64,000 bases of DNA from an uncultured Candidatus Hydrogenedens sp. (GTDB lineage: Bacteria > Myxococcota > UBA4151): NCBI GenBank assembly GCA_902574205.1, contig CACGMS010000002.1:22746-86745 (forward strand), read 5' to 3'. A program made the translations under genes and the position numbers. Of this stretch, positions 55,703 to 64,000 are shown in pieces (the stretch's first letter is position 1; every line of letters begins with the position of its first letter). The notes under the pieces are model-generated. The model ran no database searches, was not told the DNA's origin, and worked only from the letters and a program-made list of their open reading frames with translations.

Positions 55703-57238
55703 CTACCTGGTCGGCAAGGGTAGCGGCTCAACCTGCAGTTGCTCCATACGGTTCCTTAACCCTTCCGGGTCGATCGTTGATCGTTGTTTCTTCCATTGCG
55801 TTGAACGAACGAATCGTAGCGTTCTTTGAGGCCCTAGACTCCATGTAACTGAGGCTTGTAGCGGACCGTTGCTGATGCTTTTCATCCGCGTTGGGGGTGG
55901 CAGCCGTACATTATCAGGCCAGTCAAAAACCCATTCCACACGCCTTTGTTCGACACGGGGGCCCAGAACTTCGGAACTGTTGAGGTAGCGAAGTTCAGGT
56001 AGTGGTGATCCCAGCCATCGTGTGGGATCAAGTTCACCGATGGTAAAGGAAACGGTAAAGGGCAGATGGACAGGACCGGTGCCACCCAATTGTTGTTCAC
56101 CGCTTTGTATCTTAGACCGTAGCGGTTCCATGAGTTGTTTGAGTGAATCGATCATATTGATCGACCCTTGCCTAACGAGTCGAGCGCCTGCGCCCGAAAA
56201 TATGAGCTGACCTCGTCCACTGACTTGACCTTGCACGCTGACCGAAGTTCGAACCCGAAGAAGCCGTGTTCCCGATTCATGCCGAACAGGTATTCGAGCG
56301 AGCGCACCGGGCTGAATGAGCGTGCAATCTCGAAATGGGCGCCGATACGCATCAGGCAAATGAAGATCATATCCGCCTTCTGTCCGTTGCGTCGCAGTCC
56401 CTAAAACGACTTGGCTTGGACGTAGCGTCTCCGAGCCCCAATAGCGCAGCAAGCACGCAACGGAACCTTGTTTCGCTTGAACAACGGGTAAGGTCTTGAG
56501 TTGATAATCGAGGTGGTTGCTGCTCACCAAACGCTGAACTAAGTTCGGGTGGATCTTCTTTTTCCAGTGAGCATACGCGATGCGTTTCCCTAAATATCCA
56601 GGAGCATAAGGATGACTTCCGGAGGGTTGTAGTTGCGACCACGTACCCATGATCGACGTTTCATTTTTTATCTGTCCGCCGTTCAATCCACGTGTTTTGA
56701 TCTCGATTTGAGAGACTCCTTGACCGGATACTCGAATTTCGGCTTTGTCGATCGGAAAAGGACCCGACAAATCGAGCTGTGGCAAGAAGCTGGGTCTTTG
56801 GTGGTGCACGATCCATCGCCAGCGCAACAAAACACCGGCAGGCAATCGGAGTTTGTGCGCGTAAAATGCCGGGCTGGCACCCGAGGTTAGTGGTTTGTCG
56901 GCGCGGTCGATCGGCGCAAAGTGGTCGCTGTTTAGTTGGGTGATAGGGCCGCTGAGCGTACGCCAGTCCACGGCGATCGCTTCAATGCGTTGATCTGGTC
57001 CTGTCGGCACCCGTAGGGTAATTGTTGTCGGCTGTCGGAGCAGTCGAGATTCAAAGTAGTTGGCGCGTAAGCTTTGTCCATTTTGGAGCAGTTCTAAGTT
57101 GAGCCGCCGCTCAAGAATCACTTGAGATTCAGCACCGGGTTTGGACCAACCACCAACGACCGGGGGTAATAACGTTGGGTTGCATCCGCTGGTTATCGCA
57201 AGACAGATGATCAGATGGGAGCGTGACTTCATCGGCAA
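55703..57238 (-). CDS. Hypothetical lipoprotein (511 aa).
   Basis: Lipobox (LAITSGCN). No recognisable domain. Its start overlaps the STK stop by 10 bp. Confidence 0.55.
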   Translation of the reverse strand: MPMKSRSHLIICLAITSGCNPTLLPPVVGGWSKPGAESQVILERRLNLELLQNGQSLRANYFESRLLRQPTTITLRVPTGPDQRIEAIAVDWRTLSGPITQLNSDHFAPIDRADKPLTSGASPAFYAHKLRLPAGVLLRWRWIVHHQRPSFLPQLDLSGPFPIDKAEIRVSGQGVSQIEIKTRGLNGGQIKNETSIMGTWSQLQPSGSHPYAPGYLGKRIAYAHWKKKIHPNLVQRLVSSNHLDYQLKTLPVVQAKQGSVACLLRYWGSETLRPSQVVLGTATQRTEGGYDLHLPDAYRRPFRDCTLIQPGALARIPVRHESGTRLLRVRTSVSVQGQVSGRGQLIFSGAGARLVRQGSINMIDSLKQLMEPLRSKIQSGEQQLGGTGPVHLPFTVSFTIGELDPTRWLGSPLPELRYLNSSEVLGPRVEQRRVEWVFDWPDNVRLPPPTRMKSISNGPLQASVTWSLGPQRTLRFVRSTQWKKQRSTIDPEGLRNRMEQLQVEPLPLPTR

Positions 57239-59172
57239 CGCAACTTGATGTTGACGGTTTGTTCACCCATGCCTTGGCTGCTCACTCGCTTGGTTCGTCG
57301 TTTGCATCGCGCATTGCTCACCATCACCATCACTTTCGCTGATGGCTTTAGACCACGAAGAGTTTGCCTACCCTTTCCAGCGATTGATGCGTGCCCGGGG
57401 CTCGAGATTTTGACGCGCGCTGTCGGCGGATCGGGAACGATCTCCAAATTCCAGCGCTCCATTTTCAACGCAACATCAACAGGTGTTGTACTGCCAGGTT
57501 TGAGTGGGCCCATCTTTCGTCGGTACGGTCGATAGTTGTTGGCTCTGATAAACAGATCCTTTTTTAAGCCATCACCCAAAGTGAGTATCGCTTTACCGTC
57601 GGTAAGTTGGAACTCTTCATCGCCTAACGTCACCAATGAATTCGCGGGTTTTACGCTGAGTTCAATACGCCCGTCGGGAAGGGCTTCTTTCGGTAGGTTG
57701 GGTTGCCACGCGAAGGTTTGCGCGGGTCGGATGTTGATTTTTTCTTTGAGGCTAGTGTGCCCTTGGGCTTCGAGAAGAACATCGACCATTCCGTGCGGGA
57801 TTTGTTCGACAACTAGGGAACCCCTACCGTCTGGCGAAGGCTTTGTTTCGCCCATGAATTCCTGGTCGATGTACACGCGGACTTTGGCTGGCATGGTTGA
57901 GACTTGCAGGCTTCCGGGTCGGGTGATCCACCATTGCCATGTTTCCCATCCGACTCCGAGGGTCAGCAAGGCTGCGATTAAGACCATAATCAGCGGTTTG
58001 AGCGATGAGCGCTTGGGAGGTAGTTTGGGCGCAGGCTCTCGCATCCGTACCGCTGAAGGCGTACGGCTCGGTGGCTGTTTTGGACTTGGCGTGGCGCTAG
58101 GAATCGGGTGGTGTACTTGTGTATTTTTGCTGACACCGACTTGGACCGACGGCGTTGACCGGGTGGCACCCGGAGCGCGGATTTCTGATTCGATGAGTGA
58201 GGCATCATATTTTTCGTAACTTGAAAGAAGTTTACGCTCACTTCGGTATTTATCGCTAAAGGTTTGAGTTAATGTGTTGGACAATTCGAGCTGACCGACT
58301 TGGTCGTCTTGTGAGCTCAGCCATCGCGTAATATCTCGAGCCATATGCTCGCTTCGGCTGTAGCGCTCCTCTTCATCCTTTTGCAGCGCTTTCAAGCAAA
58401 TCATTTGGAGCGCTTTGGGGACCGTGCGTGCGGCTTGGTCAAATGAAGGGAGATCAACAGCCCTTACGGCATCCATGGTGGCGTAGTCGGTTTCTCGATC
58501 GAAGGCTCGATGTCCGGTAAGCAGTTCCCAAAATACCGTACCTAAACTGAAAAGATCTGAGCGGTTTGAAAGCGGTAGCCCGCGGACTTGTTCGGGGCTC
58601 ATATAACCAAATTTACCTTTGAGCACTCCAGCGTCTGTTTGTTGTGTTTTTTGACGGGCTTTAGCGATACCAAAATCGACCAGTTTGACCTCCCCTTGCC
58701 AGCTCAAGAGGACGTTTTGTGGACTGACATCACGGTGGATGAGACCGAGGCTACTTCCCGAACTATCGGTTGCCCGATGGGCGTAGCCCAAACCGAGCGC
58801 AACCTCACGAACGATGAGTGCAGCAAAAGCAGGGTTCATGGGTTTACCCGACTTCTCACAGGCATTGAAAAAGGTCTTTAAGTCGAGTCCAGAAACGTAC
58901 TCCATGGTGAGGTAATAACTACCATCCAGTTTTCCAAAGTCGTAGACCTGTGCGATGTTGCCGTGTTGAAGGGTGCGGGTGATGTTTGCCTCGTCGCGAA
59001 ACATGGCGATGAACTGTTCGTTGTCCGAGACCGCAGGCAAAACACGCTTGATTGCGATCACCCGTTCGAAGCCCTCTTCGCCAAACTGCTTGCCTCGAAA
59101 AACTTCTGCCATCCCGCCATAGGCGATGCGGTCGAGCAAAAGATAACGTCCAAAGACGGTCGGTTTCGACAT
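57229..59172 (-). CDS. Ser/Thr protein kinase with TM and extracytoplasmic PEGA-like domains.
   Basis: Hanks kinase motifs (GGMAEVFRG, VAIKRV, HRDVSPQNVLL, DFGIAK, SPEQ). Pro-rich linker. TM (LIMVLIAALLTLGVGW). Three PEGA-like beta modules. Confidence 0.88.
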   Translation of the reverse strand: MSKPTVFGRYLLLDRIAYGGMAEVFRGKQFGEEGFERVIAIKRVLPAVSDNEQFIAMFRDEANITRTLQHGNIAQVYDFGKLDGSYYLTMEYVSGLDLKTFFNACEKSGKPMNPAFAALIVREVALGLGYAHRATDSSGSSLGLIHRDVSPQNVLLSWQGEVKLVDFGIAKARQKTQQTDAGVLKGKFGYMSPEQVRGLPLSNRSDLFSLGTVFWELLTGHRAFDRETDYATMDAVRAVDLPSFDQAARTVPKALQMICLKALQKDEEERYSRSEHMARDITRWLSSQDDQVGQLELSNTLTQTFSDKYRSERKLLSSYEKYDASLIESEIRAPGATRSTPSVQVGVSKNTQVHHPIPSATPSPKQPPSRTPSAVRMREPAPKLPPKRSSLKPLIMVLIAALLTLGVGWETWQWWITRPGSLQVSTMPAKVRVYIDQEFMGETKPSPDGRGSLVVEQIPHGMVDVLLEAQGHTSLKEKINIRPAQTFAWQPNLPKEALPDGRIELSVKPANSLVTLGDEEFQLTDGKAILTLGDGLKKDLFIRANNYRPYRRKMGPLKPGSTTPVDVALKMERWNLEIVPDPPTARVKISSPGHASIAGKGRQTLRGLKPSAKVMVMVSNARCKRRTKRVSSQGMGEQTVNIKLRCR

Positions 59173-59181
59173 GGATGCGAA

Positions 59182-60027
59182 CTAATCTTTACGAAGGTAA
59201 AATCGAGAACGGTCTATCTCGAAGTAGAAGCTGAACCTGTCTAGGTCAATCACCCCGTTACGAAGTAACGATTGTGGTGGGTTCGCAAAAGGTGCAGCAG
59301 CGACGACCGCGCGCACGGCTTCTTGGTCAAGTAAACGTAATCCGCTGCCTTTGATCACTTCAGGTTGCTCGAGGAGATAGCCTCTTGCGTTGAGCCTTAA
59401 TCGCAGTACGGTTTGTCGGTCTTGCGTTCCGTATAAGAGTCCCGTTGGGTCTCGACGATGCAAGGCAGAAACAGGATCCCATTGTTTTGCTATGGAATTT
59501 TGTAGGCGGCGAAAAAATCCTCCGTAGCGAACACCTCGTGAGTTAAGCCAGGTGACATCACCCTCAGCGACATCAAAATCTGGTAATCGAGGACCACCGA
59601 AAGCATCGGGTAAATCAAAAATATCGATCGAAGCGCTGTTCTTTTGATGGTGTAAAAAGTCGAGGTCGAGCGCCAGATTTTTTGTGTCTTGAGGGCTGGC
59701 CTTTAGGGCTGAAGTCACGGGTTGAGAGCGGCTAGCTGCTGGGCGTGACTGGCGAGCCATTGTCTCTTTTTTTACGTGACGATTAAAGGCGTCAGCTGTT
59801 CGCGCTTTGTCGTTATCCGGCTGTTTCTCGATGGGTTCATCTTGAGCTAAAAAAGGGAGGTCCAGCTGTGGTCGTTTTCTGAGTTCGAGGTCAACGGATG
59901 CCAGAGGCGAATCAGCTACCCGATCAAGAGTGTGATTGGGCAAGCTCAATACCAGGATCCAAAGCAACGCGAGTGCTGCCAAGCTGGCAGTGATCAGTCG
60001 TCCAATTTTGGGACTGAGGTGGACCAT
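59182..60027 (-). CDS. TonB-family C-terminal-domain protein (N-terminal TM anchor).
   Basis: N-terminal TM (LITASLAALALLWILVLSL). The C-terminal TVLRLRLNARGYLLEQPEVIKGSGLRLLDQEAVRAVVAAAPFANPP matches the TonB_C pattern. Confidence 0.65.
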   Translation of the reverse strand: MVHLSPKIGRLITASLAALALLWILVLSLPNHTLDRVADSPLASVDLELRKRPQLDLPFLAQDEPIEKQPDNDKARTADAFNRHVKKETMARQSRPAASRSQPVTSALKASPQDTKNLALDLDFLHHQKNSASIDIFDLPDAFGGPRLPDFDVAEGDVTWLNSRGVRYGGFFRRLQNSIAKQWDPVSALHRRDPTGLLYGTQDRQTVLRLRLNARGYLLEQPEVIKGSGLRLLDQEAVRAVVAAAPFANPPQSLLRNGVIDLDRFSFYFEIDRSRFYLRKD

Positions 60028-60063
60028 AGGTAGGGTTTAGCTCAAATCGCTATAAGCACCAAT

Positions 60064-61179
60064 TTAGTATTGGTTTGGCTTGAGACTATGTACGAATAGC
60101 GTACCGTCGCCCTCGTTGGTGAAGACAGAGACGATGCGTCCCTTTGAGTTGATTGCTAAATCGGCATGGACCACGGTTGCTTCACCGATTTTGAAGTGGC
60201 GATGCTTCTGATGGCGTTTGTCGTAGCGGATGAGATAGGCATGCCTTGAATAGGTGGTTAGTGTTTGGTCTGTTCCTCCCGTAAGAATCACGAGTTGACC
60301 ATCTTGATCACGAGCGGCTCGGACAAAAGATGCATGACGAGCAATCCATCGTGTCTTTTTATTCTTTTCACCGATTTTGATCCAAGCCCGACCATTCACA
60401 CTGTATACCCATTGGCTTGTGGGGTCCTTGCCTTCGCCAATGAACACGACACTGCGTCCAGGGCTTTTATGGTTATCAACGCTCGTTATGGTCCATTTGC
60501 CGTTCAGATCACGCTCGGCGCGTTCAAGTCCTGTTTTGACCATCCTTGCATCACCGTACATGACGGTGACTCGTCCATCGTCGTGGACAAAAAGATCGGG
60601 GCGAACGGAGTGTGAACCTTGCGCTTCTTTGGTGATGATTTCGTGCTTCCAAACACCTTTGGCGTCGGTGTAGCTGTATTGGAACCCTTCTTTGACACCG
60701 AAGTAGACCAGATGAAGTCGCCCGTCTTTACTTTCAAACAATCGACCTGCTCGCCCATCGCCATCGACTTTTGATATGATCGATTGCTTCCAGCCTGATT
60801 CAGTTTGACGCAGCAGGCGATAAATTCCTAGCTCTTGGACCTGATAAGCGAAGATCGGTCGACCGTCGCGCCCGAGGATCATCGTCATGTAACGACCCGC
60901 TCCAGGTGAGGTGTCGATCGGTTCCTTGGTCCAGCGACCATCCAAACCCTGTCGAGCATACCAGACATAGCCCGTTCGACCGTTGCACCAGCCGACATGA
61001 AGGACATCGTCTTTGGAAAACGCAGCAATCGGCCACCAACCGTTGCGCGGATCGAGAACTTTTAATCCCTTTTCACCTTCGGCAAGTACAGTCAGTTCGC
61101 CTTCGCTTGGCACTTGGTCGAAAGCAACTTCTTCACTTTCAGGAATACAACCAAGACCTCCTAAAAAAGCGATGAGCAT
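60064..61179 (-). CDS. Lipoprotein with a predicted beta-propeller-like repeat fold.
   Basis: True start ATG 61179 (MLIAFLGGLGC lipobox). Recurrent D-G-R/K ... hydrophobic-strand modules. The ORF-track version (to 61545) runs through the tRNA-Gly gene and is an artefact. Confidence 0.6.
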   Translation of the reverse strand: MLIAFLGGLGCIPESEEVAFDQVPSEGELTVLAEGEKGLKVLDPRNGWWPIAAFSKDDVLHVGWCNGRTGYVWYARQGLDGRWTKEPIDTSPGAGRYMTMILGRDGRPIFAYQVQELGIYRLLRQTESGWKQSIISKVDGDGRAGRLFESKDGRLHLVYFGVKEGFQYSYTDAKGVWKHEIITKEAQGSHSVRPDLFVHDDGRVTVMYGDARMVKTGLERAERDLNGKWTITSVDNHKSPGRSVVFIGEGKDPTSQWVYSVNGRAWIKIGEKNKKTRWIARHASFVRAARDQDGQLVILTGGTDQTLTTYSRHAYLIRYDKRHQKHRHFKIGEATVVHADLAINSKGRIVSVFTNEGDGTLFVHSLKPNQY

Positions 61180-61205
61180 GAGTCCAGATAGACGACGTGA
61201 TAATG

Positions 61206-61281
61206 TGGAGCGGGACACGGGACTCGAACCCGCGACATCCAGCTTGGGAAGCTGGCACTCTACCAACTGAGTTAGTCCCGC
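61206..61281 (-). tRNA. tRNA-Gly (anticodon CCC), 76 nt including the encoded CCA.
   Basis: Reverse complement GCGGGACTAACTCAGTTGGTAGAGTGCCAGCTTCCCAAGCTGGATGTCGCGGGTTCGAGTCCCGTGTCCCGCTCCA folds as a canonical cloverleaf: 7-bp acceptor, D-arm ACTC/GAGT, anticodon stem CCAGC/GCTGG with loop TTCCCAA, T-arm GCGGG/CCCGT. Confidence 0.93.
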
Positions 61282-61360
61282 AAGGTCACGTAACATCACT
61301 ATTGACCACTTTGTATCTGCCCTCATTCGAGACGACTCATCGATCGCTCTTTGTTTGCCG

Positions 61361-63307
61361 TCAAGCGGGTTGTGGCGTGTTGGTGATTGTCTTGAGACGA
61401 TGGCTAGCGTCCAAGAAGTCAGCATCACTGCGCACGACCCGTTTGAGATAGTAACTCGCTTCGTCCATATCTTCCATGCTTTGGTACGCACATGCGAGCT
61501 CGTAGTGGACAAAAATGCGCAAGTCTTCGGGCAGATCTTCGCCATGTAAAGAGCGTTTCAAGAAGCTGATACCCCTTGGGATCTTATTGAGATCTTGGAG
61601 TGCAATACCGGCAAGATAATGTGCTGTCGCCTGCCCGGGAACCGATTTCTCGACCCAGTCACGCAGTGCATCAATCGCCAGTTGTGCATCACCTTGATTG
61701 ATCTGGTCTCGAATGGCGCTGTAGTGAGAGGGGATACCTCCAGGCAAATCTGGCACACGAGGCCCCTCGTGTCGCGCGGCTTGCCGAGCTTCCAAGCGTT
61801 CGAGCCGTATTTGTAACTCTGGATGGTCGGGAAAGATTTCAAGACCGTCGCGAATGAGTTGTGCCGCTTTATCTTGATTTCCTTGTCGGCTGGCGAGGTC
61901 GACATCAGCAATGACTTGGTTGATCGGGTCAACGGTCATCGACACATCGAGTTCATTGTTGGCGAGCTCGGCGGTTGCAGCCGCTAAGAGCTCGTCGAGG
62001 TCATCGGTATTCCATGAGCTGTTGGTCGCATTGCTACGCACTACCGTCTGACCGAGTTCTTGGAGTTGTTTGCGAAAATGTGATTCTTGTTCTGTGTTTC
62101 CTTGAGCCGAAGCTTCTTCGATGAGCGCAATGAGTTGTCGTACCGCACCCGACTTGTCATCCAGTTCAAGGTAAGCTTTGAGCAGCTTTTGTCGCATAGG
62201 AATGTCTTCGCCGCGCATTTGAACCGCTCGAATCAAGCAATCTCGTGCGCGGCTGAGTAAGCCCAATTGAGAAAAGCTTTCGGCTTCGGCTGCTAAGCGA
62301 TTAACTTGAGTTGACTCTCTGCGATTGAACATCCCTGTTGCTTCTGAACGAACAGGTTCAAGTGGGTCGGGTGCTTCTCTAAAACCAGGGGATTGACCAC
62401 TAAACTGTGGATCAAGCTGCAAGAATCTCATCGCTTCTTGATCTCCTGGTGTGAGTTCGAGGACTTTTTGAAAGAGTTCTTTCGCTTTGTCGGTATGCCC
62501 AGCCTGCTCGAAAACCAAAGCCCGCTCACGCATCACGCGGGCGGCTTTCTTTGGTTGGTCCAGACCAAGAAAAGCTTCGGCCATAATAGCGAGTGTATCT
62601 GGATTACGAGGTTCGCGTTTAAAAACGGTTTGAATGCGCGCCAACGCGGCGCGCGCGTTTCCTTGTTCAATATGGGCTTTAGCGACTTGAAGCACCATTT
62701 TTATATCGCCTGGTTTGAGTTTGATCAGCCGCTCTGCGACTTTGATAAACTCGGCAAGCCTTCCCTGTGTTTTTAGTGTTTTAGCGGCGTCTTTTATGCT
62801 GCTAAAGCCTTGCTCTCGACGCCCTGCTTTAATCAGCGCATCACCGTGGCGCAGTCGCGCTGTGACATTTTCAGGAGCGATTTGTACGAGGCGCTCAAGG
62901 AGGGATAACGCCTCTGGCTCATCACCTGCCTTTTGATGAATTCGAATCGCCGTCGTGAGGCTAGCAATCGCTTCAGCTTTGAGTTCCATTTTGAGGTGTA
63001 GATCAGCCAGTCGGCTGTGCACTTTCGGATTATTGGGTGCTAGTCGTTGGGCTTGCTTGTAGACCGCAACCGCCCGAGCAAAAAATCCTTGTCGTGTATG
63101 GTGCTCGGCGACGGTCATGTGAACGTCGAGAGCCTCTTCAGGTTGCCCATGTCGCGCGAGCACTTCTGCGAGTTTGTGTTGCGTTCGCATATCCGAAGGC
63201 TCTTCATCGCGCAGCACTCGGTAGGCATCGATGGCTTTTTCTAGCTGGCCTTTTTGCGCCAGTTTAGCTGCAGCTTCGATTCGAGTTTTGCGTTTTTGGT
63301 CCGACAA
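61361..63307 (-). CDS. TPR-repeat protein (648 aa).
   Basis: Multiple TPR units (A..Y...L.....A). Confidence 0.75.
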   Translation of the reverse strand: MSDQKRKTRIEAAAKLAQKGQLEKAIDAYRVLRDEEPSDMRTQHKLAEVLARHGQPEEALDVHMTVAEHHTRQGFFARAVAVYKQAQRLAPNNPKVHSRLADLHLKMELKAEAIASLTTAIRIHQKAGDEPEALSLLERLVQIAPENVTARLRHGDALIKAGRREQGFSSIKDAAKTLKTQGRLAEFIKVAERLIKLKPGDIKMVLQVAKAHIEQGNARAALARIQTVFKREPRNPDTLAIMAEAFLGLDQPKKAARVMRERALVFEQAGHTDKAKELFQKVLELTPGDQEAMRFLQLDPQFSGQSPGFREAPDPLEPVRSEATGMFNRRESTQVNRLAAEAESFSQLGLLSRARDCLIRAVQMRGEDIPMRQKLLKAYLELDDKSGAVRQLIALIEEASAQGNTEQESHFRKQLQELGQTVVRSNATNSSWNTDDLDELLAAATAELANNELDVSMTVDPINQVIADVDLASRQGNQDKAAQLIRDGLEIFPDHPELQIRLERLEARQAARHEGPRVPDLPGGIPSHYSAIRDQINQGDAQLAIDALRDWVEKSVPGQATAHYLAGIALQDLNKIPRGISFLKRSLHGEDLPEDLRIFVHYELACAYQSMEDMDEASYYLKRVVRSDADFLDASHRLKTITNTPQPA

Positions 63308-63370
63308 TACTGAGTCCCTTCACGACAAGAGTATTGAGGCCCGCTCAAAGGTCAAGGTGACCTGTAATCG

Positions 63371-63964
63371 TCACTGCGCTTTCTTGCATTTTACACGCTG
63401 GCCGGTCTTGCTCCAGCAGGTCCAAGCCTCGGATTTTTGACCATTAATATAAGCGCCTTTAGCCCGTTTTTTTCCGTTGTTGTGCCAAAATCGCCAGGTG
63501 CCTTGGCGAACACCAGCGCGCATTGGTCCTTGAGCCCGTTTTTTCCCGTTCCGATGAAAATAGGTCCAAAGACCCTCTTCAGCGCCCTCGACGACTAAAC
63601 CTTTTCGGATCGGAACACCGTTGTTTCGGCGACAATCTTGGAAATCTCCGTCGCCTTTAGGGGACCAGCTACACATTCCGTTTTTCCGACCGCGCGCATC
63701 AAAGTAGGTCCACCTGCCGACCATACGTCCGAGTCGGTAGTTCCCCTTGCTGCGTGGCTTACCTAGGTCATCGTAGAGCAGCCATCGGCCATGCCGTCGT
63801 CCATTTTTGAATGCGCCCTTACTTTGTGACTGGCCACGGTCGTTACGAAAACTCCATACGCCAAATCGAATCCCATTTTTATAGTGACCATTCGATCGCA
63901 AATGGCCGCTATCATGCCAACTTTTAGACTGACCTGATTCTAGACCTTGCTTGTAAGTGACCAC
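63371..63964 (-). CDS. MORN-repeat (YwqK-like) protein. The N-terminus may extend beyond 63964 or the window end.
   Basis: Repeated G.W..Y/W..G motifs (GRWLLYDDLGKPRSKGNYRLGRMVGRWTYFDARGRK...). Confidence 0.6.
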   Translation of the reverse strand: MVTYKQGLESGQSKSWHDSGHLRSNGHYKNGIRFGVWSFRNDRGQSQSKGAFKNGRRHGRWLLYDDLGKPRSKGNYRLGRMVGRWTYFDARGRKNGMCSWSPKGDGDFQDCRRNNGVPIRKGLVVEGAEEGLWTYFHRNGKKRAQGPMRAGVRQGTWRFWHNNGKKRAKGAYINGQKSEAWTCWSKTGQRVKCKKAQ

Positions 63965-64000
63965 ATGGGCTTTCTTACCGTTCGCGTGCCAGCGGATCCA

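Noticed and set aside
61282-61360. Integration hotspot or prophage boundary at tRNA-Gly.
   Set aside because: No integrase, excisionase or tRNA-fragment direct repeat was seen. The flanking genes, a TPR protein and a lipoprotein, look chromosomal.
61180-61545. N-terminal 122 codons of ORF-track entry 60064-61545.
   Set aside because: They run through tRNA-Gly(CCC) (61206-61281) and its upstream region. The true start is 61179.

Overview
This is a 64-kb, gene-dense chromosomal window with about 58 protein-coding genes and one tRNA. GC is roughly 53-56% by eye. Most junctions show tight translational coupling (ATGA, GTGA or TAATG start/stop overlaps). The gene repertoire suggests a Gram-negative bacterium of Myxococcota/Bdellovibrionota type: an MglB-like roadblock protein, Agl/Glt-type envelope motor parts, a PEGA-domain Ser/Thr kinase, Cys-rich 21-aa repeats and MORN repeats. 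I cannot assign taxonomy from sequence alone. Layout: (i) 1-14.9 kb, plus strand: the 3' end of an mglB-like gene, then one long coupled operon. It encodes a secreted acidic protein and three large signal-peptide TPR/coiled-coil proteins, two of which carry acidic tandem-repeat tails. These are followed by TolQ/ExbB-like, two TolR/ExbD-like, and a bitopic FHA-like/TonB-C (AgmX-PglI-type) protein, then a coiled-coil protein and a standalone cNMP-binding protein. This looks like an Agl/Glt-type 'core' machine. (ii) 15-20 kb: an outer-membrane beta-barrel directly coupled to a short Wza-like polysaccharide export protein (a composite translocon arrangement), then a sugar nucleotidyltransferase and a GT-C (ArnT/PMT-like) glycosyltransferase. 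(iii) 20-22 kb: rhodanese lipoprotein and MFS transporter. (iv) 22.1-35.8 kb: complete type II secretion operon gspCDEFGHIJKLMN. (v) 35.9-43.4 kb: class III adenylate cyclase, Arg-rich lipoprotein, standalone mreB, DEAD-box helicase, a protein with three tandem DsbA domains, a divergent UDG-family protein. (vi) 44-48.6 kb: nucleoside catabolism operon deoC-deoA-nupC-PNP. (vii) 48.7-50.7 kb: a 656-aa cysteine-rich protein made of at least 12 tandem 21-aa four-Cys modules. (viii) 50.8-53.8 kb: ClpA-like AAA+ ATPase and a DUF2520-like Rossmann protein. (ix) 53.8-64 kb, minus strand: EEP-family membrane phosphoesterase, folD, lipoprotein, PEGA Ser/Thr kinase, TonB-C protein, beta-propeller lipoprotein, tRNA-Gly(CCC), TPR protein, MORN-repeat protein. 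I saw no transposases, integrases, phage genes or CRISPR arrays.
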